Shown: positions 1 to 11,704 of the stretch, one piece after another
Layout of the letters: the number at the start of each line of letters is the position of its first letter
How positions within the stretch are numbered: position 1 is the stretch's first letter
Source of the DNA: Trypanosoma brucei
Lineage: Eukaryota
DNA: 64,000 nucleotides
Direction: 5' to 3'
Assembly: GCA_000002445.1 (NCBI GenBank)
Contig: CM000208.1
Span: 416,001 to 480,000, forward strand
Notes under the pieces: generated by a model
The model's input: the letters and a program-made list of their open reading frames with translations, nothing else
What the model was told of the DNA's origin: nothing
The model's database searches: none
Translations under genes and position numbers: made by a program

Positions 1-1523
1 TTCACTTTGGCACTCCGGCGGAAGAACGCCGACATCTCGTGCAGCTGCTCGAGTCGGTGCGTGGCGCGAAAGCTATTGAACGCATTTTGCAGCGGATAAT
101 TTGATGGTAGAGAAGAGGCACTCGACGCCTCAACTTCATCATTTTCCATAGCCTCCACCACACCTTTGGCGTTGCGAAGATCGTCGTAGACACAACAACC
201 ATCACCGCAACGATTGACGTGACTTAGCGACCAAGCAACAAGGGAGCCAAACCGTGCAAGTTGCTCTGTTACGTCCCGCAACCTTTTCTCCAAACCGAGC
301 ATGTGTCTCAATCCGCAGCACAGCCTACAGTAAGTATCATGTATGGCAGGGTGACACAACTGCAAATCAAGGTCGGAGTGTAAACCCATTGCAGAAATTT
401 GCTCAGCCCGCTGGTGGAGGACATGCTCAAGGCGGCTAACAGACAACTCGATGAGGCGCCGCACGGAGAGCAGTTGCCGTGAAAGGTCTACTGGTCGACG
501 CGGAGTGTCAGCCAACTCACCGCCAGCCGCGGGAATGATCCGCGCTTGTTGGTGCAAGCGGTACGCAATGTCTTCCTGTTCCAAAAACGAAGCAGGAGGC
601 CATGGCACCGCAGCAGGAAACGAGTGCAGCAACACATCACCGTAGTGTTGTTTAGCCACATCGGTAGAACCACATTTAGTGGAGAAGCCCTCACCCAACG
701 ACCCCACCGTACCGCTCAGTGTTGGTGATATCTCTCCAAAGCCGCCTTTTTTTTCATACTCATCCCCATTACGGCACCATTCCAGCAAGAAGGGGTATGC
801 AAAGTGAATGTTAACGTGTTCGGCTGTTGCCACGAGCTGATATTCCCTCGTCAACCATAACAAGGCCAACATCAACTCGTCAAGGGAGGCGTGTAGCGGA
901 GTTTGAACATAAAAAGCATCTCTTCTGTAGCCTAACTGAGATAGCGTGTGTAGTATGAAGCGCCATGCGATTATGGGAAGTGGGTTCTGTAACATGCTAG
1001 CAAATGAAACCTTGGTTCCACGCAAGGGGCGAGTGGAGTCTTCTTGTCGGCGTGGTTGCCGAAACATTGAGGTGGTTGCAGTTTTTAGGGGAGTCGGTAA
1101 TTCTTGCGGAGCAGGAGATTCCGAGATATCGACACTACTACTCACCCTTCCCCGTTGCCCACGCTGATTCGCACCCCTCACCGCTTCGTTAACAGTTTGG
1201 TACGACTGCCACTGAAGCTTTATAGGAAAATCGACAGTTTGGTCACTACGCTCCTCGTCACTCCCCTCACCCAGGCGCGACTGTCTCTCGTCTCCATTGT
1301 CACACAACGTACTGGAGTTTGAGCGTGCTGATGCATGTGAGGGTGATGCCTCTTCCAGTGATGGAAACAAGACCTGGTTTCCTGATGCTGCTACACAGTA
1401 AAACACAGCGTTGAAAAGCACCCTCCAAACGCCATTTCGAAGTTCATGGCAGCGGAGTTGCTGCGGTAACCCAACACCTTGGACCTTCTTGCAAGTCTGA
1501 CCATCCTCGTCGTCGAGTGTCAT
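1..1523 (-). CDS. hypothetical protein, partial; 3' end runs off the window start; first in-frame ATG at 1523
   Basis: Manual reverse-strand translation (codon low coordinates divisible by 3) is stop-free from the in-frame stop at 1926-1928 down to position 3 (>600 codons; random chance negligible at this GC). It is absent from the ORF track only because its stop lies outside the window. First ATG is at 1523..1521. No recognisable domain. Same strand as all other genes in the left polycistron. The overlapping + strand ORFs at 254..1920 occupy several frames and are spurious. Confidence 0.45.
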   Translation of the reverse strand, partial: MTLDDEDGQTCKKVQGVGLPQQLRCHELRNGVWRVLFNAVFYCVAASGNQVLFPSLEEASPSHASARSNSSTLCDNGDERQSRLGEGSDEERSDQTVDFPIKLQWQSYQTVNEAVRGANQRGQRGRVSSSVDISESPAPQELPTPLKTATTSMFRQPRRQEDSTRPLRGTKVSFASMLQNPLPIIAWRFILHTLSQLGYRRDAFYVQTPLHASLDELMLALLWLTREYQLVATAEHVNIHFAYPFLLEWCRNGDEYEKKGGFGEISPTLSGTVGSLGEGFSTKCGSTDVAKQHYGDVLLHSFPAAVPWPPASFLEQEDIAYRLHQQARIIPAAGGELADTPRRPVDLSRQLLSVRRLIELSVSRLEHVLHQRAEQISAMGLHSDLDLQLCHPAIHDTYCRLCCGLRHMLGLEKRLRDVTEQLARFGSLVAWSLSHVNRCGDGCCVYDDLRNAKGVVEAMENDEVEASSASSLPSNYPLQNAFNSFRATHRLEQLHEMSAFFRRSAKV

Positions 1524-4500
1524 TTCCCCACCCTTCAGTATTTGGGTGTAGTGCCCTTCGAGTGCAGAAACAAATTTCAGCACGTCCTCATCTGGAGCAC
1601 TGGCGTTTTTCTCACCATTACATTCCCTCGGTCTGCACGCCCTCAAATCCACCTGTTCTTCCTCAAGAGGAGGAACTGTAAAGAAGCCGAGTTCCCCCCA
1701 CACGTGCAGCGCCACATCCCGTACGCAATTTGTGTTCGACGGGAGCTGCGTAATTCCACGCCGGGCATTCCGAGTGAAGTGCTGCGATTCTAATTTGGTA
1801 CTGCGTTCAACTGCCGCCGTCACCAGTTGCTGCGACCAGAATTTTGCATCGCGCTCAAAGTCTGTCAACAGAGGTCCAAAATCCCCTGCTCGCCCAACAC
1901 CAGAAACGCCACTCATCTAGCGTAACTCAAAAAGAAAAAAATACAGGACTACGTACAATGAAGCATAAAGAAGTGAAAGCGGAAAAAGAAAAAAAGAGGT
2001 GAGAGAGTGCGCGACAATGTATAAGGTTCAGATTTTGCTATGGTGCGTAATATACTCCACAGAATACATACGCCTTTATGCGAGTTTGTGTGTACGAAAA
2101 GGGAGGAAGAAAAAAGCGTAAGAGGTTGTCATCTTAACTCCTCCCGCAGCGGTAAATCATAACACCACTCAAACCACACCAACACCTCCACTATTGCGTT
2201 ACCTACACTAAGCTGTACCATTCCTCCCATCTAGTCACACAACAACAACAACAACATAATAATAATAATAATAACCTAAACAACACAATAATATTCTCAT
2301 AATAATAACAATAGCATCTGTATTGTGGTCACAGTCATAGCGGTGACAATGACATTTTGGACAAGTGAGAGAAGAGAGGGAGAGAGCGGTAGAGTGGAAC
2401 AAACCCGTACGCGTAAAGGGGGGAAGAAAAGAAAAAAAAATGAAACAAAACCAAAAGAAAAAAAAATGAGAAATAAAAACAACAATGCTAATGACAACAA
2501 GCACAGCAAGGAAGGAAGTAAAGAGGTAAGAAGACAACAAAAGGAAGCGCAGCAAACCAAACAAATCTTCAATTTTAAAAAAAAAAATGAACCAACTTAA
2601 GGAGCCCCAATTCCTCCTATCACCCTCCACAAACACAATCTCATGTGTGATATAATGGACCAAAATGAAAAATTAAAAAAAGTTTTGCTGCAAGCCGACC
2701 TTAAGCGCTTCGTTTTGGGCCGGCACTGCAGAAGCTTTTCTCTCTGCATCCTTATCTCTTTCTTTTTTCTCTTTTAAAATACACTTTTCATTTATTTTTT
2801 TTTTCACTGCTTTCCTCCCCCTCTCTTTCCACCTATTTATTCACCCGTTTCTTAATTCATTTGCCTGCTTCATCTTCACCAGTTTCCCTCCCTCGCCTCC
2901 CTCCCACACTTCTCCACCAATGCCGCCCGGAGTTTTGCGATTCTGAGATGTGCACCTTTTTCTTTTTTTCTTCGTCGTTACATTTTTTTTTCTTTGTACC
3001 TTCTCATGCAAGGCACACACATTCCCTTTTTTCCGTCTAATTCCTCTTTCTTTCCACCTCTTTTAAGAACAAGAGCAAAAAAGAAAAATGCTGGTGTTCA
3101 TATGGGCATGCACAAATACATCTGAAATAATTTGAAGGAAGGAGGAAAATGAAAGGAAAAAAAAGGATGCAAATGCTAGTGTAGATAAATATATCTTTTA
3201 CGTATAAAAACAAATAAATGTAATTAGAGGAAGAAGAAAGAAAGAGACAAATAAAGGGAGAAAAAAGAAAAAGAAGAGCAACATAAGAAAAAAAAAGAGG
3301 AGGAAAGATAAATAACAACAGGGCAAGTAATACCCTCAAACTTAATATAAAATAATATAAAAGGGGAAAAAAGAAAAAGAAGAAACTGCTGATCATCATA
3401 TGCGCGACTCGCATGGAGGGAGGAAAGAGAAGAAGAGTTTACCCGCTTTGTTCAGTTCAGAAGTTAATTATCCTGCTCAACAACACGTAAAGGACGGCGT
3501 CACTCCTTCCAAATTCAATTCATAAATAAAAATAGTCATGCAATTCTCATGTCCCCATTGTTTGATTATATTATATTATATACATCGTTGCAGTTCTCAT
3601 AACCAATGGCTCATACCAAAATAATAATAATATTATTGTGATTAATTGTTGTTATTCTTAATGAAAATGGAAGGGGAACCAACCTTCAGTTATTCTTTAC
3701 CTCTCTTCGTATATATCTATATTTATATTCATTTATTCATTGGTCTCTTTCCTTATCACTGTATAAGCAAACACACACCGCAGGTTCGGAGACCGAGTAA
3801 AATGGCACGAGGGAAGAGAAAAGGGAATACAAGAACGCAAAAAAAAAGTGTAAGAACAAAAAACAAACAAAAGCACCAAAACAAACTCATCAATGGCACG
3901 ACGAGGAATAATGAAGAGAATGATGGTGAAATAAAAACAAAAAGGGGGCAAAAGGCGGCTCTATGAGAAGAACACACGCTGGAATCTCTTTGGTTTTGCG
4001 TCATTTATTCCCTTCTGTCACTCAATCCGTAAGTTTCATCCCCTTTCCTTCTTCTCTTTTTTTTTTTCTTCATGTTTCCTCACAACAAAATACGGTTACG
4101 GCAGTAGTACCAACCACAACTATGGTAACAGTGCCGCGGCTGATGACAATGATGGTAAATGTGAGTGTTGAAAAACAGGTTCGCAACTGTTGCATAATGA
4201 AAGGATCAGATGAGTGGAAAGAGGGGAATGCGTCCTCACGTGACAGCAGCGACACAGCAGGTAATGGAAATATAATGAAGAAGAAAAAAAAAGAAAAAGA
4301 AACAATAGCGGAAAAAACTAACAATGGAGCACAGGAAGGAAGGAAGGAAGAAAAATAAACTAAAACAAACAAATAAATATAACGGCGAAACAAAAAGAAA
4401 TGTACGACTGCTCTCTTCAGGCTCCTTTCACACACTTCTCCCCCCCCAAAAAAAAAAAATCGTTTTGTTTTGATGGTTTTATTTTCCTGTATTTATTCTC

Positions 4501-5253
4501 TTAAGCACAGACACACTTTACTACATTTCCCTGAACCCCTCACCGGCTATTACAACAATCATTGCAAAGTAACACATCATCATATTGTTTGCTCATAATA
4601 TTCCGTACGGAGTAAAAATATGAACACAACAAACGCGTGAAGCCGATCGCATTTAAGCTGTGACAATTTCTCCTATATTTCCCCCTTCATATGTATGTTC
4701 TTTTCCTTGTATACGACAACACAGACATATATTTGTGTTTGCTGTTTTTTTTTGCATTTTTACTCATGAGTTTTGTATTCAATTATCTCCCTTTTTATTT
4801 GCCGCGTCATGCGTTTTACCTCAACGGGGGAACACATAAGGGTTGTAAACATTGCGCCTCCGAAGCAGGCACATGTAAAGTGAAGCGAGGGGGTAATGGG
4901 GAAGAGAGGGCAGCGCACTCCATCACACGCGTATGAATGAATAAAATGATATGAGATGAGATAGAAAGGAAAGAAAATGGAAAATAAATGGAAAATAAAT
5001 CATACAAATACCTAAGTATTTGCTACTCGCTCATGCGTGCAAGTACGAAAACGAAAAAAATGAAAAAAAGTCAAACGACATCAAGCCGCATGCTCGCGCC
5101 ATGTCCGTACGGTTAGATGGGAAAATTTAATCGAAAGTTGCGTAAGCGAGTGAATTACGCGTGCTAACTAAAGGCGTGAGAGTGCGGTTTCATATTGTCT
5201 GACGTTAGCTCATTGTTCCCATGCACCCGTACTGGTTTAGTCCAATTTCTTTC

Positions 5254-5274
5254 GTGTGTGTGTGTGTGTGTGTG
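5254..5274. repeat. (GT)10 microsatellite
   Basis: gtgtgtgtgtgtgtgtgtgtg read directly. A nearby (AT)11 sits at 5546..5568. Confidence 0.9.
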
Positions 5275-6074
5275 CGCGCACGTCTGTGGCAAATAACAGA
5301 AAACGAACAAAGCTTTTTTAAAAGGGTAATGGAGGGGGGAAATGAAGAAAATAAATAAACAAATAAATAAATAAATGGAGTTAAAAAGTTAAACGCTTCC
5401 CCCCTAACCCCCAGCACCTCCCGCACCCTTCCCCTTCTCCTCTTTCACCTTAATTTTGGCACTTCAGCCCACTTGACTCAGAGTCACAGCGGAACCCAAG
5501 TCCAGCTGAAGGAAGTAGAAACACACAAACGTAAAGGCACATACGTATATATATATATATATATATATTAAGTATATAAATGTTGAGTATATGAACAGTG
5601 AGAAAATCATGTCAGATGTCAAAACCCGCATACCATCACTGCTGCTATTAATTCGGTCTCTACCCACCACACTCTTCACACCCATCACCACCACCTACAA
5701 CTCGAATCCCGCACAAAAAGACATATGAATGTATATATGTATACATATACATATGCGCGATATTAAAACACACGTGATGCCTTCAGTGTGGTACAATCTC
5801 TCAACAAGATTGAATGAAAATACCCTTACTTATTCATGTCACTTTTTACACGCCACTTTTTTACTCGTTTTTTTTATCGCCTCTTTATCTGCTTCTTCCT
5901 TTCCTCCACCATTCCTCAAACATATGCATCATTTCGCTACCCACAAACACAAATGGATACTACTACTTCTTTCGATCCTTTACTCTATAAACCCCTTTAC
6001 CATCATTTAAAATCCCCCATACGAGGAGCACCTTAACGGCACCAAAGATGTTACACATTGCTGTGGACCACCGC

Positions 6075-7769
6075 CTACGCTTTTTGCCGACGTTTCGCAC
6101 TACCGCGACCACTATTGTTGGATTGGCCCGTCAAATGCCTGCTACCACGCCTATGGCTGCCACTACAGGCATTCCTGTCGCTGCCGTTTATCCCACAGGG
6201 CGGCACACCCGCTCCAGCGGCGCAGCCGTTGCCGCTACCATTTTTGCTGTTTGGACATGTGTAGTTGTTATAACTAACACTGGCGCCATTGCGGGAGCGG
6301 GATGCACTTTCAGATCCCCTACCGTTCAAAAAGGGACTGGCACCAGCGCTTCCGTTACCATTAGTATTGTGGCCGCGATGAGTACTGCCTCTTTCACGGC
6401 CGCCTTCACCAGCAGACTTGGGTCGTACGTCAAAAATCCTTAAAACTCGGGTCACATTCGACGATCCTGCCGCAGCGGCGCCTAAATTAGGAGATCCATT
6501 TTGGCCAAGCGAACGCTGTGACGCGGGAGCGAACGGAGTGGCATCTCCCATCCCACAACTCGCAGGGCTTGTGCCACCACGGGGGGCAGTGTACAAGTTG
6601 GCATCACCTAAACTGAGCGGAGAAGCAGAATTAATCGCCGCATCCACACCAGGGTTGGCGCAGGAGACAACCTGATTCGCATGTTGGTATGGCTGCGATG
6701 CCGGTGTCATTCTCGCAGCCGGAGTGTTGTTCATAACGGAACGCCGTTGTTGATCGCAAATGATGTTAAACACCTCGTCAGTGACGTCCCCCAGGGAAAG
6801 CATCGTCGAAGAGTAGCTCCTCTCTCCGATGTTGATCATGGTCATTGATGGAGTAATACCGTTAAGCAAACACACCAAGTTTGGAGGGGGTGGGAGTTGC
6901 AAGTCATACTCGCGGCAAATATGAATATTTTTGCAATCTTCCACATAGCGGCAGAGCCGCGAAATGTGTAACCGACATACGTCCTTCGCGGGAACATCCA
7001 GTACATCCTTTCGCTCCACCTTCGCGCCATTCGCCGCACCTTGGTTGGTTTCGCCGAGGTTTTGTGACTGCTCTTCTTTCTCTTTCGCCGCTTGCGCACT
7101 CTGAGCTATGATCAACTGCAGACCGACCGTCAGTGCAACTCTTTCAGCGGGGATTAAATCAGATTGCTCACCGTTTGTGCCGCGGCTACTGTAACTCCCT
7201 TCATTTCCCACAAGTCGGATGAACTTAAACCGGTCGGTGAGCTCTGTGGTGCTGTGGGGATCCTTGTGCAGTCGGCAACACGTGGGGGCGTTGAGGGCCT
7301 GTTGACGGAGCATCGGAAGAACATGAGGAGGCACGTGGGCCTGTCGACACCACTCGTGTCGGCAGTGGCCCTCCAGAAAGGACAAACACAGCGATGGCAG
7401 CGCTCCTTTGTTGGCCGTCGCATGAGTCGGAACCATAAGCGATAACGGCACGCGCAGCTTTCGCGAGTGAGGGTCCAGCACCCACATGTAGAGCTCACCC
7501 CCCTTCACTTCATCATCACCGGCTCCGAATTTATCATCGTAACCGCAACCTGGGGAGTCTGAGTCAACGAAGTGGTGTACAGGACCTTCTGGGTGGACAA
7601 CACGCTGAACAGAGCAGGGATATGGTGGTGGCGAGACAGCGTTGGTGGCAACAGTCAAGGCGCCGTTGGGGCTAAGATATGAATCAGGTGGAATCGGTCT
7701 CTCCTCATCGGTGACGCACCACCTCGACACCCGCTCCTCTTCAATATCGTTCCTGTCAGCGGGAGGCAT
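6075..7769 (-). CDS. CCCH-type zinc-finger protein (ZC3H family RNA-binding protein) with long Gly/Ser/Asn-rich low-complexity C-terminus
   Basis: 564-aa ORF with a real ATG start. Two CCCH fingers are readable directly: CLSFLEGHCRHEWCRQAH (C-x7-C-x4-C-x3-H) and CRLHISRLCRYVEDCKNIH (C-x7-C-x5-C-x3-H). The C-terminal half is G/S/N/A-rich and disordered-looking. Confidence 0.8.
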   Translation of the reverse strand: MPPADRNDIEEERVSRWCVTDEERPIPPDSYLSPNGALTVATNAVSPPPYPCSVQRVVHPEGPVHHFVDSDSPGCGYDDKFGAGDDEVKGGELYMWVLDPHSRKLRVPLSLMVPTHATANKGALPSLCLSFLEGHCRHEWCRQAHVPPHVLPMLRQQALNAPTCCRLHKDPHSTTELTDRFKFIRLVGNEGSYSSRGTNGEQSDLIPAERVALTVGLQLIIAQSAQAAKEKEEQSQNLGETNQGAANGAKVERKDVLDVPAKDVCRLHISRLCRYVEDCKNIHICREYDLQLPPPPNLVCLLNGITPSMTMINIGERSYSSTMLSLGDVTDEVFNIICDQQRRSVMNNTPAARMTPASQPYQHANQVVSCANPGVDAAINSASPLSLGDANLYTAPRGGTSPASCGMGDATPFAPASQRSLGQNGSPNLGAAAAGSSNVTRVLRIFDVRPKSAGEGGRERGSTHRGHNTNGNGSAGASPFLNGRGSESASRSRNGASVSYNNYTCPNSKNGSGNGCAAGAGVPPCGINGSDRNACSGSHRRGSRHLTGQSNNSGRGSAKRRQKA

Positions 7770-9396
7770 GTTAAAGCGGCACCAATCTGCCCCTTCTATT
7801 TATTCAATTTGATTATTACTCGGGTAACTTTACTATTTCGCACCCCTGGTTATTGCTGTTGGCCCTTAAACTCTCTTATTCGCGAATGCGCCCTTTTCCT
7901 ATTCTTCCTCAAAATGGTATGTTCTCTCCTCTTCCTTCCTTCGCACACCGATACTCTGTAACAAGAAACAAAGTAAATGGTCAGAGCGGTGATAAAAGTC
8001 GAGTAGGGGAATAGCTCTAATCTCGTTTGGTTTTCCCCCGGTGCAATGCTTTTTCGGAGACTTATTTCCTGTTTGTGTACCTTTTATCCCTCTACCTTTC
8101 TCTTCAGTGTTCCTTTCCTTCCTCTGGGGTTTCACTATATCTCTTTTTTGAGCTTGCTGCAGGTTATGTTTTTTTCCTTCCCTCTTGCTTCCTCTCGTCT
8201 ACAGTAGTTCAGGGGTGTGCAAACAAGAAGAAAAGAAAAGTGTGCAGCTAACATCTATACACTAAGAACAGGTAAATTACATTCATTGAACTTGTTCATA
8301 TACGTATGTATTTTAGCTGGGTCCTCTCCACTGAATCATAACAAAAACAACAGAGGAGTGGTGCAGCACCTCCTCCCCGTGTGCGGACGGTCGTTCAAGA
8401 GGAGAGCGACAGAAACGAGGGCCCCACAATGTACTCCAACAGGAGGGTTTCAAAAACAAGTATGGTAAAGTTAAATAAAAACAGGGGGGGGGGTGAAGAA
8501 GAAAATGTAGAAAACAAAATGTGCATTTAAAAACCCTAATGATTGTCACGAGAACATAGGCGAAAATCTAAAGGAAAGGAAGCAAACTTTCCCTTTATCA
8601 CACATTTTTCTTCCTAAATGCTATTAAGTTATTTTGGTTTGTCTTCTCGCCCTTTTTCTTCTCTTTTCTAACATCCTTTGTAGCGGTCGCGGCGGTACTT
8701 CATGGTATACCAATTGTTGTTGAAACGCAAGTGAGGAAGAAAATGAGAAAGAAAACAGAGTGGCATTTTGAAGGCGGCTCGGCGCCAAAGGTGAAGTGAG
8801 AGAGCAACGTTGTAAAAGAACAGGCAACTCCACGATTCAACCAACGAACGGAAGTAACGGAGATGGCAGAGCGCCTTTAAAAGGAGGAAAAAAAAAGCCG
8901 ATGCGAAGAAGGAAGGTGAGGGCAGGGCTTTACAAATTGGACCGGACATGTCACAACCACTGCGGTATGTCACACCAAAAACGAGCGGGCGCAGAAGCAA
9001 AAGATAATAATATATATAGAAAAGGATAGGAGACAATGTCACTTGTCGAGCAGCAGCCCACACACTGACCAACAAACATCCCTCGCATTACCCACCGCAC
9101 CCACCTTGAATGTCAACGCCTACACTACCGACCATAAAATGCTTGTATGATGGCATCCCCTAACAGACGGTTACCTCTTCCGCTTACCCACCCCTCATCA
9201 CCATCCGTCCTGCACTTCCTTTTTCTTTCTTTATTGTCTCGGCTCACTTACTTCATTTCTTGTGCCCACATTTGCAGCCACAGGCGCATAGCCCCCTTCC
9301 AGTCCTACACGCACACACGTATCTTCTCCCTCCCCTTCATCGCCCTTGTATCGCCTTCTCATTGGATCATCATCTATTCCCAATGCATCCAGCGAG

Positions 9397-10845
9397 CTAT
9401 GAAGCAGTCGCACCCGATTGTTGCAATTGGGCGAGAGTGATGTTATGTAGCATACGCTCCTTTACAATAAGGTGTGAAACTTTATCCAACAGCGCCACAC
9501 TGCGCCCTACAGCTTCGTCCCATGCCGTCACCACATCATTGGCGTTTTTATTCGCCTCAAAAACGACTAACCCATCCACGCGATCAATCTTCGCGTACAG
9601 TGTGCGCGAGGCGACCATCATCATGAGGAATTCCTCCGTGTGCTGCGGCGTGAGACCCACCAATTCGGCCAGTCGAACAAGACGCAGTCGGCGATAGAAG
9701 CGGGAAATGACCAAGAGGTCGTGTTCGCTGCAGCGGCTACGAAGCAACGCCTGGCGCTCAGGGAACCCAGCGAGCTGCGGGTGATTTATGCAGAGGGCCT
9801 CTACATCATCAGCAACACGCTCACGTATGAGTTCAATACTCGTAAACTTCTCCAGTAGGTATTGAAGTTGCGGATTCTCCTCCAACCGCTTCCTCAGAGT
9901 AGTAGTGATGCCTTGAATTGCTGCCGTGCGGTCGGCAAATTTTGTGGCGGGGGAAAAGGCAGCGCACTCAGCATGATCCTCCAGTTCCTTTGGCGACGAG
10001 TGCTCGGCGATAAGATAGTGCACCGCCATGCTGCTTAGGGCTGAAACACAGGCTGTTTCATCCGTTTCGGAAAGGAATGTCTCGTACCAACAGCGAGCCA
10101 CATGGAAGTAAGAACGGCGCTGCGCGAAATATTCGCGCATCAGTTCGAAATATTTAAGCTTCGCCTGCAAGGCCCCGGGTCTTGACAGGGCACGGTGGTT
10201 TATTCGGCGCGACACAAGCCGCGCGAGCTCATAATCCTCCAACTCGAGGCACAACCGGATCAAGCGGTTAAGAGCATCGAGTTTCTCCACGCGGGGCATA
10301 TTTGTCACTGTTTCCACATGCAACCCACTGAGCAAGTCGCACGCCGCCCGCTTCTCCCCATCGTCCTCCATTAACTTCGCTAAGTCGATAGCGAATCGCA
10401 CGTGCTCAAGCTCCACATGGATACGGCTGTCAGTAAGATGCACTACGCGCTCCAACACGATGCGGCGCTGCTCACGTGACAGATTGCCTTCAGTGAGGAG
10501 GACACCGCATTCAGCGATCATGGCACCCTGTGATTGTTTGGTTTGCCCACGCTTGCGCATGAGAGTTTCCAATGTGTCAAGCATTTTTTCGTGATCTCCA
10601 TGAACGCGGTAGATCCGCAATATTTCAACTACAAGACGTTTTGCCGACAGAGCATCACCACCTAGGCGCGCCATTTTCTCGAGAGCCAAAAGCTCATTAA
10701 CGAGATCGTCCAAGCTCGAATTGGTACTGCGCAAGAGAACAGGAATGGCGGTAGCATTGATGCGTTCGAGCAACGCATCTGTCGCCTCGCTGTGATCCTC
10801 CTCCTGCTTGAAGCTCGCACACTTCCACTGGTCTACGTCGGTCAT
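9397..10845 (-). CDS. RPN5: 26S proteasome regulatory (lid) subunit RPN5 / PSMD12, PCI-domain protein
   Basis: 482-aa ORF with ATG start. Collinear similarity to human PSMD12 over the whole length, e.g. 'IHVELEHVRFAIDLAKLMEDDGE...LSGLHVETV' vs '[23 protein letters not shown]...LQELQVETY'. The C-terminal PCI/winged-helix part matches too: 'ISRFYRRLRLVRLAELVGLTPQHTEEFLMMMVASRTLYAKIDRVDGLVVFE...LIVKERMLHN' vs '[50 protein letters not shown]...LIAKEEMIHN'. Confidence 0.85.
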   Translation of the reverse strand: MTDVDQWKCASFKQEEDHSEATDALLERINATAIPVLLRSTNSSLDDLVNELLALEKMARLGGDALSAKRLVVEILRIYRVHGDHEKMLDTLETLMRKRGQTKQSQGAMIAECGVLLTEGNLSREQRRIVLERVVHLTDSRIHVELEHVRFAIDLAKLMEDDGEKRAACDLLSGLHVETVTNMPRVEKLDALNRLIRLCLELEDYELARLVSRRINHRALSRPGALQAKLKYFELMREYFAQRRSYFHVARCWYETFLSETDETACVSALSSMAVHYLIAEHSSPKELEDHAECAAFSPATKFADRTAAIQGITTTLRKRLEENPQLQYLLEKFTSIELIRERVADDVEALCINHPQLAGFPERQALLRSRCSEHDLLVISRFYRRLRLVRLAELVGLTPQHTEEFLMMMVASRTLYAKIDRVDGLVVFEANKNANDVVTAWDEAVGRSVALLDKVSHLIVKERMLHNITLAQLQQSGATAS

Positions 10846-11704
10846 GTTATATCGTACCTGTATGTCGATCTGGCTGTACGTGTAGACTCACAGTAACCTT
10901 TTCGCTCTGCTGCAACCGCAAGTTTCACCACTGCAGTTTTGTGTCGACCTCCCGCACGGCTGTCGTCACTTCCGCTGCTGTTTTCCTTGCCCGCCTCCCC
11001 TCGACTTTTTAAACTCTTCTGCTCTACCACACAAACAAACAAATACACGCACACTTGTCTTTGATTTGCTTACCTTGCAGATACGTGTTGTTGTCTTCAG
11101 CTTTCCTTTCAATCTCGAGTAAAGGTAATAATAGTGGCAGCAAAAAAAAAAAAGCGGCATTTGATGAAATTAGTATGCATCAACACAGAGTCTCACACGT
11201 AACCCTCACATCCCTCCACTGTACCCGGAAGAAGACAAGAGGGAAGGATGCCAAAATGAGGCTACATCACGAAACAAAAGCCCAAAGAGTTTCCCCTTTT
11301 GTTATTGGTACCGCTCATTTCCCCCTGCATCTCTTTATTCACTTCTTTGCTTAACAATTTTAATACTGCAGGCCGTGTGTTTGCTTCTAATCATTAGATA
11401 TTTGACCTTTATCGCACTTACTCGTAGTTACTACGTCATTTCGCCGCGCGCCGCACGCTGTGCTATAAAAACACAAACACAAGAAAAACTGCACCAACTC
11501 ACCAGTTAATAAACGGACAATCGACAACCTCCGTAGGGCCACGTGCACGGAAGAAGGACAAAAACATACAACTGGCAGAAGCGGGAGACGAAATTGAAGG
11601 AGGGTGCAAAGAGAAGAAGATGGACGGGCGATCGCAAATAGTCGCCCCACCACTTAATGAACAGCATGTCCCCTCAACTCCCGTTGGGGTATCGTCGAAC
11701 GCCT

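Noticed and set aside
254-1920. Chain of eight overlapping plus-strand ORFs (60-104 aa) in three frames
   Set aside because: They tile a region that is stop-free for >600 codons on the opposite strand. Multi-frame short ORFs are the typical shadow of a GC-rich antisense gene. No coherent protein comes out.
2235-4435. ORFs of 82-142 aa inside poly-purine/poly-pyrimidine low-complexity DNA (e.g. 2235..2663-, 3037..3414-, 3963..4358+)
   Set aside because: Translations are homopolymeric (FFFF, KKKK, VVVV, YYYY) products of simple repeats, on both strands. Not coding.
8668-9075. 135-aa minus-strand ORF between the zinc-finger and RPN5 genes
   Set aside because: Composition is F/L/Y-rich from a pyrimidine tract. 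No domain. Sits where the 3'UTR/processing signals of RPN5 are expected.
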